A stretch of 64,000 nt of DNA from Comamonadaceae bacterium (GCA_031421855.1 JANOPN010000198.1:2397-66396), one strand, 5' to 3'; counted from the first letter of the stretch, positions 51,554-61,276 are shown. Notes: generated from the sequence alone by a model not told the origin. Numbers and translations: made by a program.

Positions 51554-53532
51554 AACGGTTACTGATTGCCAATCGAGGCGAGATCGCGCGCCGTGTCATG
51601 CGCACCGCTTACCAAATGGGTGTGCAAACCGTCGCGGTGTACTCGGACGCAGATGCAAACGCGCTTCACGTCGCCGATGCCGACTCAGGCGTCGCCTTGG
51701 GTGGCAATGCCTCAGCCGACAGCTATTTGCGCATCGACAAGCTGCTGGCAGCGGCAAAAGCCAGCGGGGCCGACGCGGTGCATCCGGGCTACGGGTTTTT
51801 GAGCGAAAGCGCCGAGTTTGCCCAAGCGGTGATCGACGCGGGGCTGATTTGGGTCGGGCCGCCGCCATCGGCCGTGCAGGCCTTGGGCAGCAAGTCAGCT
51901 TGCAAGGCGCTGGCCCGCCGACAAGGCGTGCCAGTCTTGGGCGGCTACGAGGGCGCAGACCAAAGCGACGAGCGCTTTGTGGCCGAGGCCGCTGGCATGG
52001 GCTTTCCGGTCATGGTCAAAGCGGCGGCGGGCGGCGGCGGGCGTGGCATGCGGTTGGTGCATTCGGGTGATCAGCTCGTTGCCTCGCTTGCCAGCGCGCG
52101 CTCTGAGGCCTTGGCAGGATTTGGCAACGCCGAGCTGCTCATGGAGCGCGCCTTGCTTGCGCCACGCCATGTCGAGGTGCAGGTTTTTGCCGACCAGCAT
52201 GGCAACTGCATCCACTTAGGCGAGCGCGATTGCTCAGTGCAGCGGCGCAACCAAAAAATCATTGAAGAGTCGCCCAGCCCTGCCGTCTCGCCCGAACTTC
52301 GCCAGCGCATGGGCGCTTGTGCTGTGGCGCTTGCCCTAGGCGCAGGCTATGTGGGCGCGGGCACGGTTGAGTTTTTACTCGAAGGGGGCGAGTTCTATCT
52401 GATGGAGATGAACACGCGGCTACAGGTCGAGCATCCAGTCACCGAGGCCGTCACCGGGCTTGACTTGGTCGAGTGGCAGCTTCGCATCGCGCGCGGCGAG
52501 GCATTGCCGCTGACGCAAGCGCAGGTCAAGCTCACCGGTCACGCAATCGAGGTGCGCCTGTGCGCCGAAGATGAGCAGTTCAACCCGCACGCCGGTCGCG
52601 TCACCGCGCTGATCTGGCCAAGCGATGCCATCGAATTCGCTCGAGCCGACATGCACGCAGGCGTGCGCATCGATCACGCGCTGGAGCGTGGTTTGGTCGT
52701 GCCTGAGTTTTACGACTCGATGCTGGGCAAATTGATCGCCCACGCGCCCACCCGAAGCGAGGCCATCGAGCGGCTGAGCCATGCTCTAGCGCGCACCGTC
52801 GTCGCCGGGCTACCCACCAACCGCGCGATGCTGTTGGCCTGCTTGGGCCACGCTGAGTTTGTCCAAGGCAATGCCTTGGTGCCTTTTTTGGGCACACATG
52901 CCCAAGGACTGCGTGACACCATCCATGCGCGCGAGACCGCGCTTTTGGGGTTTGCGGTTTCCGCGTGGGTGATGTCGCGCGCTGGCAATACCCGGCCAAG
53001 CGCGTCGCTGGCTTGCCCGTTCATCCGCAGCTTGCGCCTCGTCCACCGTGGCCAGCGCATGGATGTGGCGGTGCTGGAATTGGGCAACGGTCGGCTGCAG
53101 CTGGAAGTCGCCGACTTGGAGGTCATGGCGCAGGTCCGTTGGCGCTCCGATCACGAACTTGACGTGTCGATTGACGGCCTCAATCGGCGAGTGGCGGTCG
53201 CGCCAGAAGGCTTTTTGCAGCTCGACGGGGTGTCGTTTGAGTTCAGCGACGCGACATTTGCGCCCCCGGTCAAGGCAATGGATGCCAACACCGAGCGCCA
53301 AATTGCCGCACCCATGAACGGCAAAGTCGTCTCGGTCAACGTGGTCATTGGCCAAGCCGTGCACGCAGGTGATGTGTTGGTCATCATCGAGGCCATGAAG
53401 CTCCAACACAACATCACCGCACCGCGCAACGGCACCGTTGAGCGCGTACACGCCACCCTGGGTGCGCAAGTTGCACCACGCGCCCTTTTGGTGGAGCTGA
53501 CGACCGCAACCGAAACCCAAACCGCCGCATGA
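51550..53532 (+). CDS. Acyl-CoA carboxylase alpha subunit (biotin carboxylase + biotinyl carrier domain)
   Basis: KRLLIANRGEIARRVMRTA, ATP-grasp MVKAAAGGGGRGMR, EMNTRLQVEHPVTE, and the C-terminal biotinylation motif IIEAMKLQH. ATGA overlap with the upstream stop. Confidence 0.92.
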   Translation: MKRLLIANRGEIARRVMRTAYQMGVQTVAVYSDADANALHVADADSGVALGGNASADSYLRIDKLLAAAKASGADAVHPGYGFLSESAEFAQAVIDAGLIWVGPPPSAVQALGSKSACKALARRQGVPVLGGYEGADQSDERFVAEAAGMGFPVMVKAAAGGGGRGMRLVHSGDQLVASLASARSEALAGFGNAELLMERALLAPRHVEVQVFADQHGNCIHLGERDCSVQRRNQKIIEESPSPAVSPELRQRMGACAVALALGAGYVGAGTVEFLLEGGEFYLMEMNTRLQVEHPVTEAVTGLDLVEWQLRIARGEALPLTQAQVKLTGHAIEVRLCAEDEQFNPHAGRVTALIWPSDAIEFARADMHAGVRIDHALERGLVVPEFYDSMLGKLIAHAPTRSEAIERLSHALARTVVAGLPTNRAMLLACLGHAEFVQGNALVPFLGTHAQGLRDTIHARETALLGFAVSAWVMSRAGNTRPSASLACPFIRSLRLVHRGQRMDVAVLELGNGRLQLEVADLEVMAQVRWRSDHELDVSIDGLNRRVAVAPEGFLQLDGVSFEFSDATFAPPVKAMDANTERQIAAPMNGKVVSVNVVIGQAVHAGDVLVIIEAMKLQHNITAPRNGTVERVHATLGAQVAPRALLVELTTATETQTAA

Positions 53533-54104
53533 ACCGCAGAGACCTTGTGTGCGCTGGCGCTTTGTTGCCGATTGCGAGCGCATGGAGCCAGCCCGATCCG
53601 TGGACACAAGTCTTGCCGGGGCGTATCGTGCTCATGCGCCATGCAATGGCACCCGGCATTGGCGACCCACCTGGCTTTAAACTCAACAACTGCGCTTCAC
53701 AGCGCAACCTCGACGAGGTTGGCAAAGATCAAGCGCGGCGCATCGGCGCGGCGTTTGCCCAGCACGCGGCCAAATCTGGCGTCAAAGTCACATCGGTCTG
53801 GCACTCGCAGTGGTGCCGAACCACCGACACCGCGCAGTTGGCCTTTGGCAATGCCCCAAAGCCTGTAGCCCAAAGCGCGTTCAATTCGTTTTTTGGCAAT
53901 GCCGATGCCGCCCCGCAGCAAACCGCCGCCGCACGCAAACTGCTCATGGCCTGGGTCGCAAGCAAGCCCGTGGGCGTGTTGGTGGTCGTCACCCACCAAG
54001 TCAACATCACGGCGCTGACGCAGATGGGCGCCGCCTCAGGCGAATCAGTGATCGTCGCCGCAGCCGGTCAAAAACTCATCGTCGTCGGCCAACTACCGCC
54101 TTGA
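53529..54104 (+). CDS. Histidine phosphatase superfamily protein with a Tat-like signal
   Basis: MNRRDLVCAGALLPIASAWS signal, RHA motif (LMRHAMAPG) and a distal VVVTHQ His. ATGA overlap with the carboxylase alpha subunit stop. Confidence 0.7.
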   Translation: MNRRDLVCAGALLPIASAWSQPDPWTQVLPGRIVLMRHAMAPGIGDPPGFKLNNCASQRNLDEVGKDQARRIGAAFAQHAAKSGVKVTSVWHSQWCRTTDTAQLAFGNAPKPVAQSAFNSFFGNADAAPQQTAAARKLLMAWVASKPVGVLVVVTHQVNITALTQMGAASGESVIVAAAGQKLIVVGQLPP

Positions 54105-54127
54105 CGCTTCAAAACGGTATCTCAGAG

Positions 54128-54192
54128 AGATTTTTAGTGGAAAATCAGCACTTGGTCACCGTATTCATTGGGTTAGTTGCTATTATTTTTGA
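54128..54192 (-). repeat. Family-A interspersed repeat, copy 13 (core 54151-54183)
   Basis: Reverse complement reads ATCAAAAATAATAGCAACTAACCCAATGAATACGGTGACCAAGTGCTGATTTTCCACTAAAAATC. Its A-rich 5' flank holds the last codons and the TAA stop (54183-54185) of atuA. Confidence 0.85.
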
Positions 54193-55997
54193 TTGTCCAG
54201 CTTCACCCACGCCATCAAACTCGGTGGCACTTTGATCGGCATGTTGAGCAATATTTGAGCCATGCCTTTGCCCAGCGGGTCGTGGCGAAGGCTGGCCATG
54301 CCGCCGCCGTCTAGGGCTTGCTGGCAGACGAAATTGAAAGCGTTGATGCCGGGTAATTCGTATCGCGTGACACTGCCGCTGACGAAATGGGCCAAGTACC
54401 CAGCGACGGCAGCTTCAGTGACTTGAACGGCGATCAAACCGAGCAAGTCTGGGTGTCGAGCAACGATGCCGATGTTGGATGTGTCGCCTTTGTCGCCGCT
54501 GCGGCCATGAGCAACGGCAATCAACGGCACGGTGACGCTATCGGTCAAATCAATCACGGGCCATGCTTTGGGGGTACCAGGCTCGTCGCCCGTATCGATG
54601 CCCGGCGCGACATCAATGGCGGTTGACACATCGCCAATTTTCATCGTTGCGCGCACGAGCGGCTTATCGATCAAGAAGCCAAACTGCTTGATGCAAGGGT
54701 TGACGCTGGGTCGGCCGCCGTCCATGCCAGTCGTACCGGGGCTAAACGACGTACCCGGTGCTGCAATTTCTCGCGCAAAAATCTCAAGTGCGGCTTTCAC
54801 GGGATGGCGAACAGCCAAACGCAAAATGGCCTCGCGCACATGCACGCCATGCGCGTGCGGGCCAAATGCGTTCTCGGTTCCCAGGATTTCAATGTTGGTG
54901 GCGCTGTAGTCGGGCAAGCCCAACCGCGCAAACATCGCGCGGGTGCGCTCCAGCAAAGCCTCACCGGTGCGCCGCGCTTTTGCTGCCGCATCAAACCCGA
55001 TGATTGCGATTTGCACGACGCTTTTGAATCCGTCCATGTATGTCGCGCTGACCTTGTACTGCGCCGGTGCGGGCAACCCACGTGCGCCGGTGACGCGAAC
55101 CGCGTGCTCGCCGACCGCCGCGAGCTGCACATGGGTGAAGTCGCAAATCACGTCCGGCAGCCGGTAGTGCGCCGGGTCGTGAATTTCGTACAGCAACTGC
55201 TCTGCGATCACCGCGGGCGTGACCAACCCACCGGTGCCTGGCGGTTTGGTCGCAATGAAGCTGCCGTCAAACGAGACCTCAACAATGGGGTAGCCGATGT
55301 TGGCCCAGTCTGGCACGTCTTGCCAATCGGTGAACAAACCGCCAGTACCCTGTGCGCCGCACTCAATGATGTGCCCCGCCAAACTGCCTTGGGCCAACTC
55401 ATTAAGCTGATCGGCGCGCCAATTGAAATGGTGCATGAGCGCACCCAGCGTAACGGCGCTGTCGACGCACCGACCGGTGATGACGACATCGGCCCCGGCG
55501 TCCAGCGCGGCCTTGATTGGCAACGCGCCCAAATACGCATTGGCCGTGAGCAACTTGTCTGGCAGCGCGCGCGTGCCGTTGAACTCACGCGTGCCCAGCT
55601 CGCGCAGCAGGGGCAGCCGATCGGTCACATCGTCTCCGAGCACCACGGCGACTTTGAGATCAAGCCCAAGTTCTGCCGCCAAGGCCTCTACTGCTTTGGC
55701 ACACGACTGAGGATTCACTCCGCCTGCATTGCTGATCAAGCGGATGCCCTTGGCTTTGCAGTCTTTGAGGATTTGGCGGCAGGTGACCGTGACGAAATCA
55801 AGTGCAAAACCCGCGTCCGGGTTTTTCATACGCTGCGCGGCCATGATGCTCATGGTCAGCTCAGCCAAGTAGTCAAACACCACGAAATCAACATCGCCAA
55901 ATGCCACCAATTGGGGTGCGCCGACGCTGCTGTCGCCCCAAAATCCACTCGCTCCGCCGATGCGCAGGGGTTTGATTGCTGTGGTGGTGTTGTTCAT
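54183..55997 (-). CDS. atuA: AtuA-family protein (DUF1446, acyclic terpene utilisation; includes the C-terminal DUF4387-like part)
   Basis: N-terminal LRIGGASGFWGDS signature; 604 aa, similar in size to P. aeruginosa AtuA. Next to an atuC/D/F-like carboxylase cluster. Confidence 0.78.
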   Translation of the reverse strand: MNNTTTAIKPLRIGGASGFWGDSSVGAPQLVAFGDVDFVVFDYLAELTMSIMAAQRMKNPDAGFALDFVTVTCRQILKDCKAKGIRLISNAGGVNPQSCAKAVEALAAELGLDLKVAVVLGDDVTDRLPLLRELGTREFNGTRALPDKLLTANAYLGALPIKAALDAGADVVITGRCVDSAVTLGALMHHFNWRADQLNELAQGSLAGHIIECGAQGTGGLFTDWQDVPDWANIGYPIVEVSFDGSFIATKPPGTGGLVTPAVIAEQLLYEIHDPAHYRLPDVICDFTHVQLAAVGEHAVRVTGARGLPAPAQYKVSATYMDGFKSVVQIAIIGFDAAAKARRTGEALLERTRAMFARLGLPDYSATNIEILGTENAFGPHAHGVHVREAILRLAVRHPVKAALEIFAREIAAPGTSFSPGTTGMDGGRPSVNPCIKQFGFLIDKPLVRATMKIGDVSTAIDVAPGIDTGDEPGTPKAWPVIDLTDSVTVPLIAVAHGRSGDKGDTSNIGIVARHPDLLGLIAVQVTEAAVAGYLAHFVSGSVTRYELPGINAFNFVCQQALDGGGMASLRHDPLGKGMAQILLNMPIKVPPSLMAWVKLDNQK

Positions 55998-56026
55998 GTT
56001 CGTCTCGTGCTGTCGAAAGGGGTTGG

Positions 56027-57172
56027 CTAGGCCGCGAGTTGCATCAAAAATTCATCGGCGCGGCAAATCTCGATGGTGTCTAGAAAGTGGCTGTTGCGCA
56101 GGTCGCGCAACACGTGGGTCGCGCGTGCATCGGGGAACTGTTGCGCGAATCGCCGCAGAGCTTTGCTGGGCTTGGGGTCGCTGAGCTTGCACTCGATCAA
56201 GTGCGTGAGTGCGCGACCGTTACTGAGCACAAAGTCAACTTCCGCCTCGTCTTTGGTGCGCACGTAGTGCAAACCACTCGATTGACCCAAGACATCTTGC
56301 TCCCAATCAACGTGTTTTAGCAGCGAGGTGGCGACCAAGTTCTCAAACCGCACGCCCTCGTCGCCGTCAACAAGCCCCGTGTCGAAAAAGTAAGCCTTAG
56401 GCATTTGAAGGGTGGCGCGCGCGATGTTTTGACCCCAAGGCCGCACCAAAAAAACGATGTACAGGGCTTCCAAAATCTCCAAATACCGCTTGAGTGTCGT
56501 GGGCGACAACTGCAAGTCGCGGGCAATGCTGGCCAGCGACAAAGGCGAGCCGACTCGCTTGCGCAAGAGCTCAACAAACAAACGAATCGCGCCCAACTCG
56601 TGGACGCGAGAAAACTCCAGCACATCGTTGCGAATCAAACCATCAAAGTACTGCCTGCGCCAACGATCCGCCTGGGCGGCGCTGTCGGCCAAACACGGCT
56701 CAGGAAAGCCGCCGCGCTCCAATAAATGCGTAAGCGCTCGGTCGGGCGTGGCTGCAAGCGCCGTGCCTGAATGTTGCTCACACCACTCGCGCACCGAAAT
56801 GGGGTGCAGCCGCAGCGCAAAAAAACGCCCAGCCAATGACTCACCGCTTTGGCGAAAGGTGTCTAAGCGCGCACTGCCGGTGACCAAAATTTGCTGCCCT
56901 GCTGGTCTGCCGTCCACGACCCCCTTGAGCCAAGCCTTCCAGTCAGGCATTTTGTGGATTTCATCAAACACAACCAGCGGCGCGCGGGCGCTCCAGAGCT
57001 GGTTGACGATCAAGCCACGGTCTGCCGAGACGTCGTAGTTGAGGTATTGCCCGCCTCGCTCGCTCACCAAGTCATGGCTCATGGTGGTTTTACCGACTTG
57101 GCGTGGGCCGACAAGAAAAACCATTTTCTTGGCAAGATCGGCCTTCACGCGGGCGTCTAGGTAGCGTTTCAT
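56027..57172 (-). CDS. AAA-family ATPase with a DUF4143 C-terminal domain
   Basis: Walker A VGPRQVGKTT, Walker B-like LVVFDEIH, and a C-terminal region typical of AAA_14/DUF4143 proteins. Confidence 0.8.
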   Translation of the reverse strand: MKRYLDARVKADLAKKMVFLVGPRQVGKTTMSHDLVSERGGQYLNYDVSADRGLIVNQLWSARAPLVVFDEIHKMPDWKAWLKGVVDGRPAGQQILVTGSARLDTFRQSGESLAGRFFALRLHPISVREWCEQHSGTALAATPDRALTHLLERGGFPEPCLADSAAQADRWRRQYFDGLIRNDVLEFSRVHELGAIRLFVELLRKRVGSPLSLASIARDLQLSPTTLKRYLEILEALYIVFLVRPWGQNIARATLQMPKAYFFDTGLVDGDEGVRFENLVATSLLKHVDWEQDVLGQSSGLHYVRTKDEAEVDFVLSNGRALTHLIECKLSDPKPSKALRRFAQQFPDARATHVLRDLRNSHFLDTIEICRADEFLMQLAA

Positions 57173-57202
57173 GGGGAAATTTTACGACTTTTTGCCATGA
57201 TA

Positions 57203-57230
57203 TTGGATAAAAGTCGCGACTTTTATCCAA
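57203..57230. promoter_or_regulatory. Perfect 28-bp palindrome TTGGATAAAAGTCG|CGACTTTTATCCAA with extra half-sites at 57236-57249 and ~57184-57197
   Basis: Direct reading. Lies in the 128-bp divergent gap between the AAA ATPase and thioesterase genes. Confidence 0.6.
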
Positions 57231-57300
57231 TTCACTGGATAAAAGTCGCATATTGAGGCTCGTGCCACGCTAAACAACGACTGTCAACGACAATCACCGC

Positions 57301-57783
57301 ATGCACAAAAATGACCCCACTGCCGTCGTGTTCGAACCCGAATTCATCGATGGTGTGCGCGACATTTGGCACAACAAAATTGTGTTCAACCGCACCTTGG
57401 GCTTGGAAGTGATCACGATAGAACCCATGCGTGTCACCGCTCAAATCGCAATGCGGCCCGAGTTGGTCGGCCACTACGCTCACAACCGCATCCACGGCGG
57501 CGTCATCAGCGCGGGGCTTGACGCAATGGGCGGCTTGGCGGTGATGGCTGCAATCGGTGCGCGGCACATGGACGAATCGGTCGCCAAGCGATTGGATCGG
57601 TTCAAGTATCTGGGCACGATTGACCTTCGCATCGACTATTTGCGCCCTGGCATCGGTGAGGTGTTCCGCTTGACGGGCGAAGTGCTGCGCTTGGGGTCGC
57701 GGGTGGCCAACACCCGCATGGCGTTTTTGGGCGACGACGGCAAACTGTTGTCGACCGGAAGTGCCGCGTACATCGTGAGCTGA
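57301..57783 (+). CDS. Hot-dog fold thioesterase (PaaI/YigI-like)
   Basis: NRIHGGVISAGLDAMGGLAV core motif; 160 aa. Confidence 0.78.
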   Translation: MHKNDPTAVVFEPEFIDGVRDIWHNKIVFNRTLGLEVITIEPMRVTAQIAMRPELVGHYAHNRIHGGVISAGLDAMGGLAVMAAIGARHMDESVAKRLDRFKYLGTIDLRIDYLRPGIGEVFRLTGEVLRLGSRVANTRMAFLGDDGKLLSTGSAAYIVS

Positions 57784-57790
57784 ATTCGCC

Positions 57791-59020
57791 TCACGCATGG
57801 ATCGGCATTCGGGCATGCGCCAGTGTCTGTGTGAGCACGTCGCGCTGGGCGTGGCTTCCGCCAAAGGCTGCGGCTTGCTCAATGACGGGCTCAAGCAAGG
57901 CAACCACAGCCGCAAAATCTCGCTTGGCAAACGCTCGCACGCTCAAACACGCGGCGTGCCCGATTTGACTCAAAAAGTGCTGGTTGTCGTGGCTTGGGTC
58001 GGCCAAAGCGGCTCGCTGTGCTGACAACAGTGCCTCAGCATGCGCATCGCGACCGGTCATGGCGAACGCCATCATCGCGTGAAGATCATTGAACGCATAG
58101 CTGCTGATGGTGGCGTGGCGCTCCCAGGCTTTGGCAAGCGGCTCCCACCGAGAGTCGACATCGACGGCGCGAAGGTGCAGCCGCCACAGCATTGAGCTGG
58201 CATCAAGCAAATTGAGGGCAAGGGACTCGTCAGCAGGTGCCAATTGATCGTCGTATCGGGCTAAAACCTCGTCAATGCGGCCGTTCGCCAGATGAAACAA
58301 CGCCCAGTGCCAATGGTTGTGCACCCGAAAGAAGCTGTCGTCGTGCCACTGGGTTGACTGCGCGAACCACTGCTCACCGTCACGCGGGCGACGCTGCATC
58401 TCCATCACATGCGCAACCGCGTGCCAGGCCCAGCCGTCGCGCGGCTCCAACGCCGCAGCGCGCCTGCCCAAGGCCTCGGCTTGTGCGTAGTCGCCGTTTT
58501 CCTCGCAACCAAAAGCATGCATGGCCAAAACGCCGTGGAAGCCTCGCATGTCAGCATCCCACGCCGGCACGGCCTGTTTGATGCGATCCAGCAGCCGGCC
58601 TGGGTTACCGGTGAAGAAGTCAATCTGGTGCCCCACTTGCAAGGCCAGTGCATCAAGCGGTGACGCGAGGTTGATGGCCAATACGCTGTCGCTTGCCTTG
58701 AACCAGTGTCCGCTGGCTAACTCATGCGCAGCGCGCCAGTGCGACTGCTCGCCGCACGACAAACGCAAACCATGGGCTACATCGAGCAGCTTGTGCGCCT
58801 GGGCTGACGCATGGGGCTCTGTGCCCAACAAATGCAACCACGCCATGAGCACATGCGGCATGCCCCAGTGTGGATCGAGCGCGGCGGCCTCAAGCGCACT
58901 GGCCATGGGGTCGCCGCCGTAACGCAGCAGCTGCGCGCAGGCTGAGTCAAAACTGGCTTGTGCGGCAGAGTTCAAATCAGTAACTGACGCGATGCGCGTG
59001 TACGCAGGCAATGGCTTCAT
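57791..59020 (-). CDS. TPR-like protein of the TTC38 family
   Basis: N-terminal A..F..A...LL.YGGDP....ALEAAALDP.. pattern and all-helical repeats. ATG 59020 overlaps the upstream gene's 3' end by 44 nt, so the start is uncertain. Confidence 0.6.
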   Translation of the reverse strand: MKPLPAYTRIASVTDLNSAAQASFDSACAQLLRYGGDPMASALEAAALDPHWGMPHVLMAWLHLLGTEPHASAQAHKLLDVAHGLRLSCGEQSHWRAAHELASGHWFKASDSVLAINLASPLDALALQVGHQIDFFTGNPGRLLDRIKQAVPAWDADMRGFHGVLAMHAFGCEENGDYAQAEALGRRAAALEPRDGWAWHAVAHVMEMQRRPRDGEQWFAQSTQWHDDSFFRVHNHWHWALFHLANGRIDEVLARYDDQLAPADESLALNLLDASSMLWRLHLRAVDVDSRWEPLAKAWERHATISSYAFNDLHAMMAFAMTGRDAHAEALLSAQRAALADPSHDNQHFLSQIGHAACLSVRAFAKRDFAAVVALLEPVIEQAAAFGGSHAQRDVLTQTLAHARMPIHA

Positions 59021-61163
59021 CGCTCAACGCGAAACCAGCGCCGTGGTCGCGGGCCAGCTGGGCAGCTCGCGCGGCAAACACGGGCACACCCATTCCATAG
59101 ACAAATTGCAGCGCACCGCCCGTCCATGCCGGAAAGCCAATGCCAAAAATGCTACCGATGTTGGCGTCGTGTACCGTGGTGAGCACGCCTTCGTGAAGAC
59201 ATCGGATGGCCTCAACGGCTTGCCGATACAAGATGCGGTCTTTGAGCTCAGCAAACGCGGCTGGGGCCTCAAAACCGGTTTTGGCAGGAAAGGCCTGCTT
59301 CAGACCGCTCCACAGCCGCTTTTTACCGCCCTCTGGGTATTCATAAAAGCCGCCGCCCGCGGCACGCCCGCCGCGACCCAACTCGTTGACCATGCGCGCG
59401 ACCAGCAGCTCGCCCGGTGTGTCCACATAGGTTTGCCCTTGCTCCGCCAGGTCAGCACGGGCTTGCGCGCGCACATGCATGCTGAGCGTGAGCGATGTTT
59501 CATCCAGTACCGCCAAACCGCCAACCGGCATGCCGGCCTGTACGCATGCGTTTTCAATGATCTCTGCGGGCACTCCCTCGCCCAGCATCGCCACGGCTTC
59601 CATCACAAATGTACCAAACGTGCGACTGGTGAAAAACCCGCGCGAGTCGTTGACGACGATTGGCAGCTTGCCCAATGCCAGCACATAGTCGTACGCTCGG
59701 GCTAGGGTTTCATCGTCAGTTTCGCGCCCGCGAATGATCTCGACCAGTTTCATTTTGTCCACTGGGCTGAAGAAGTGAATCCCCACAAACTTGGCCGCAT
59801 GTGCACTGGCCTGGGCCAAACCACTGATGGGCAAGGTGCTGGTGTTGCTTGCGAAAAATCCGCCCGGTGCGAGCATGGGCTCGGCATCGGCGGTGACCTG
59901 CGCTTTCAGCGCGCGGTTTTCAAAAACTGCCTCAATGATCAAGTCGCAACCTGCTAAGTCGGCTGCATCCGCCGTCGGTTTGATTCGCGCCAACAAGGTT
60001 TGCTGCTCACCCACGGTCATGCGCCCTTTGGACACGCGCGGCGTGGTCAGCTTTTCGCTGTAGGCCTTGCCCGCTTGGGCTTTCTCAAGGCTGGTGTCTT
60101 TGAGCACGGTTTCAATGCCGCGCGAGGCTTGTGCGTAGGCAATGCCCGCGCCCATCATGCCAGCCCCCAACAGCCCCACCTTTTGCGGTTTGTATCGCGG
60201 CACGCCCTTGGGTCTGGACGCGCCACTTTTGACCGCGTTGAGGTTGAAGAAGAAGGTGTTGATCATGGCGCGCGCATTCGAACCCGTCATGAGTTTGGCC
60301 AAATAGCGGCTTTCGATTCGCAGCGCTGTTTCCACATCAACGCTCGCCCCTTCGATCATGCAAGCCATGATCGCCTCGGGTGCGGGCATCAACCCCCAGG
60401 TGCGTTTGCGCAGCATGGCCGGGGCAACGGCTAAGCCCATGGCGATGCTGGGGCTGGTCGGTTTGCCGCCGGGTATGCGGTATTCGCGCGCTTCCCACGG
60501 GTGGGTGGCTGCTTGCGGGTTGGCTTGATTGGCCTCAAGCCAGACCAAGGCCTGGTTTGTCAAGGCCTGCGCGTCGGCAGCCAAGGCATGAATCAGCCCC
60601 AAGTCAAGTGCCTGCTTCGGGCCAAACAACTTGCCCTCCATCAAATACGGCTGAGCGGCCAAGATGCCCAAGGCCCGAGTCATTTTGGTCACGCCGCTCG
60701 CGCCCGGCAGCAGACCAAGGCCCACCTCGGGTAGCCCAAGCTGGATTTTGGAGTCGTCGACCGCTATTCGGTGGTGCCCGATCAAGGCGACCTCCCAGCC
60801 GCCACCCAATGCTGTGCCATTGATGCAGCTCACCACTGGCTTGCCCAAGGTCTCTATGCGGCGCATGTTGCGTTTGAGCAGCTCAATCTCTTGGTATGCC
60901 CTTGGCGCATCGCTCTCTGTCATGCGCATCACGCCTTTGAGGTCAGCACCTGCAAAAAACGTCGACTTAGCCGAGGTCAGCAAAAAGCCGCAAACGCCCA
61001 GTGCGCTATCTGCTGCGTCATCGGCCATTTGTTGCGACAAAGTCGACATGTCAGCCTGCCAGTCAACGCACATGGTGTTCACGCTTGACTCGGGCTCATC
61101 AAACGTCACCACCCCCACAACACCAAAAGGGTGGGCAACGCGTTCGTATCGAATGGTTTTCAT
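58977..61163 (-). CDS. Fatty-acid oxidation multifunctional enzyme: enoyl-CoA hydratase (N-terminal) / 3-hydroxyacyl-CoA dehydrogenase (C-terminal), FadB/FadJ order
   Basis: N-terminal crotonase FFAGADLKG ... NGTALGGGWEVAL. Central Rossmann KVGLLGAGMMGAGIAYA. 728 aa. Confidence 0.9.
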   Translation of the reverse strand: MKTIRYERVAHPFGVVGVVTFDEPESSVNTMCVDWQADMSTLSQQMADDAADSALGVCGFLLTSAKSTFFAGADLKGVMRMTESDAPRAYQEIELLKRNMRRIETLGKPVVSCINGTALGGGWEVALIGHHRIAVDDSKIQLGLPEVGLGLLPGASGVTKMTRALGILAAQPYLMEGKLFGPKQALDLGLIHALAADAQALTNQALVWLEANQANPQAATHPWEAREYRIPGGKPTSPSIAMGLAVAPAMLRKRTWGLMPAPEAIMACMIEGASVDVETALRIESRYLAKLMTGSNARAMINTFFFNLNAVKSGASRPKGVPRYKPQKVGLLGAGMMGAGIAYAQASRGIETVLKDTSLEKAQAGKAYSEKLTTPRVSKGRMTVGEQQTLLARIKPTADAADLAGCDLIIEAVFENRALKAQVTADAEPMLAPGGFFASNTSTLPISGLAQASAHAAKFVGIHFFSPVDKMKLVEIIRGRETDDETLARAYDYVLALGKLPIVVNDSRGFFTSRTFGTFVMEAVAMLGEGVPAEIIENACVQAGMPVGGLAVLDETSLTLSMHVRAQARADLAEQGQTYVDTPGELLVARMVNELGRGGRAAGGGFYEYPEGGKKRLWSGLKQAFPAKTGFEAPAAFAELKDRILYRQAVEAIRCLHEGVLTTVHDANIGSIFGIGFPAWTGGALQFVYGMGVPVFAARAAQLARDHGAGFALSDEAIACVHAHRVSY

Positions 61164-61179
61164 GATTTGATTTGACTGA

Positions 61180-61255
61180 AAATACTATTATTTATGTAGC
61201 AACAAAGTGAATAGATATCGAGACCAAGTGCCAAAAACACCCAATATTTCACTCA
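61180..61255 (+). repeat. Family-A interspersed repeat, copy 14 (core 61196-61230)
   Basis: TATTTATGTAGCAACAAAGTGAATAGATATCGAGACCAAGTGCCAAAAACACCC. Confidence 0.8.
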
Positions 61256-61276
61256 TTTGCCCGTTTTTGGCTCTTT

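Noticed and set aside
54804-56030. 408-aa plus-strand ORF (and similar ones at 14512-15561, 290-1012 and 25526-26350)
   Set aside because: These are antisense shadow ORFs of atuA, the hydrolase lipoprotein, ftsW and the SDR gene respectively. They have no motifs, and the opposite-strand calls are strongly supported.
56027-57300. The AAA ATPase (DUF4143) region as a defence island or mobile insertion
   Set aside because: It is a single gene with no nuclease, methylase, integrase, flanking direct repeats or obvious compositional break that I can see. Only the upstream palindrome is reported as a finding.
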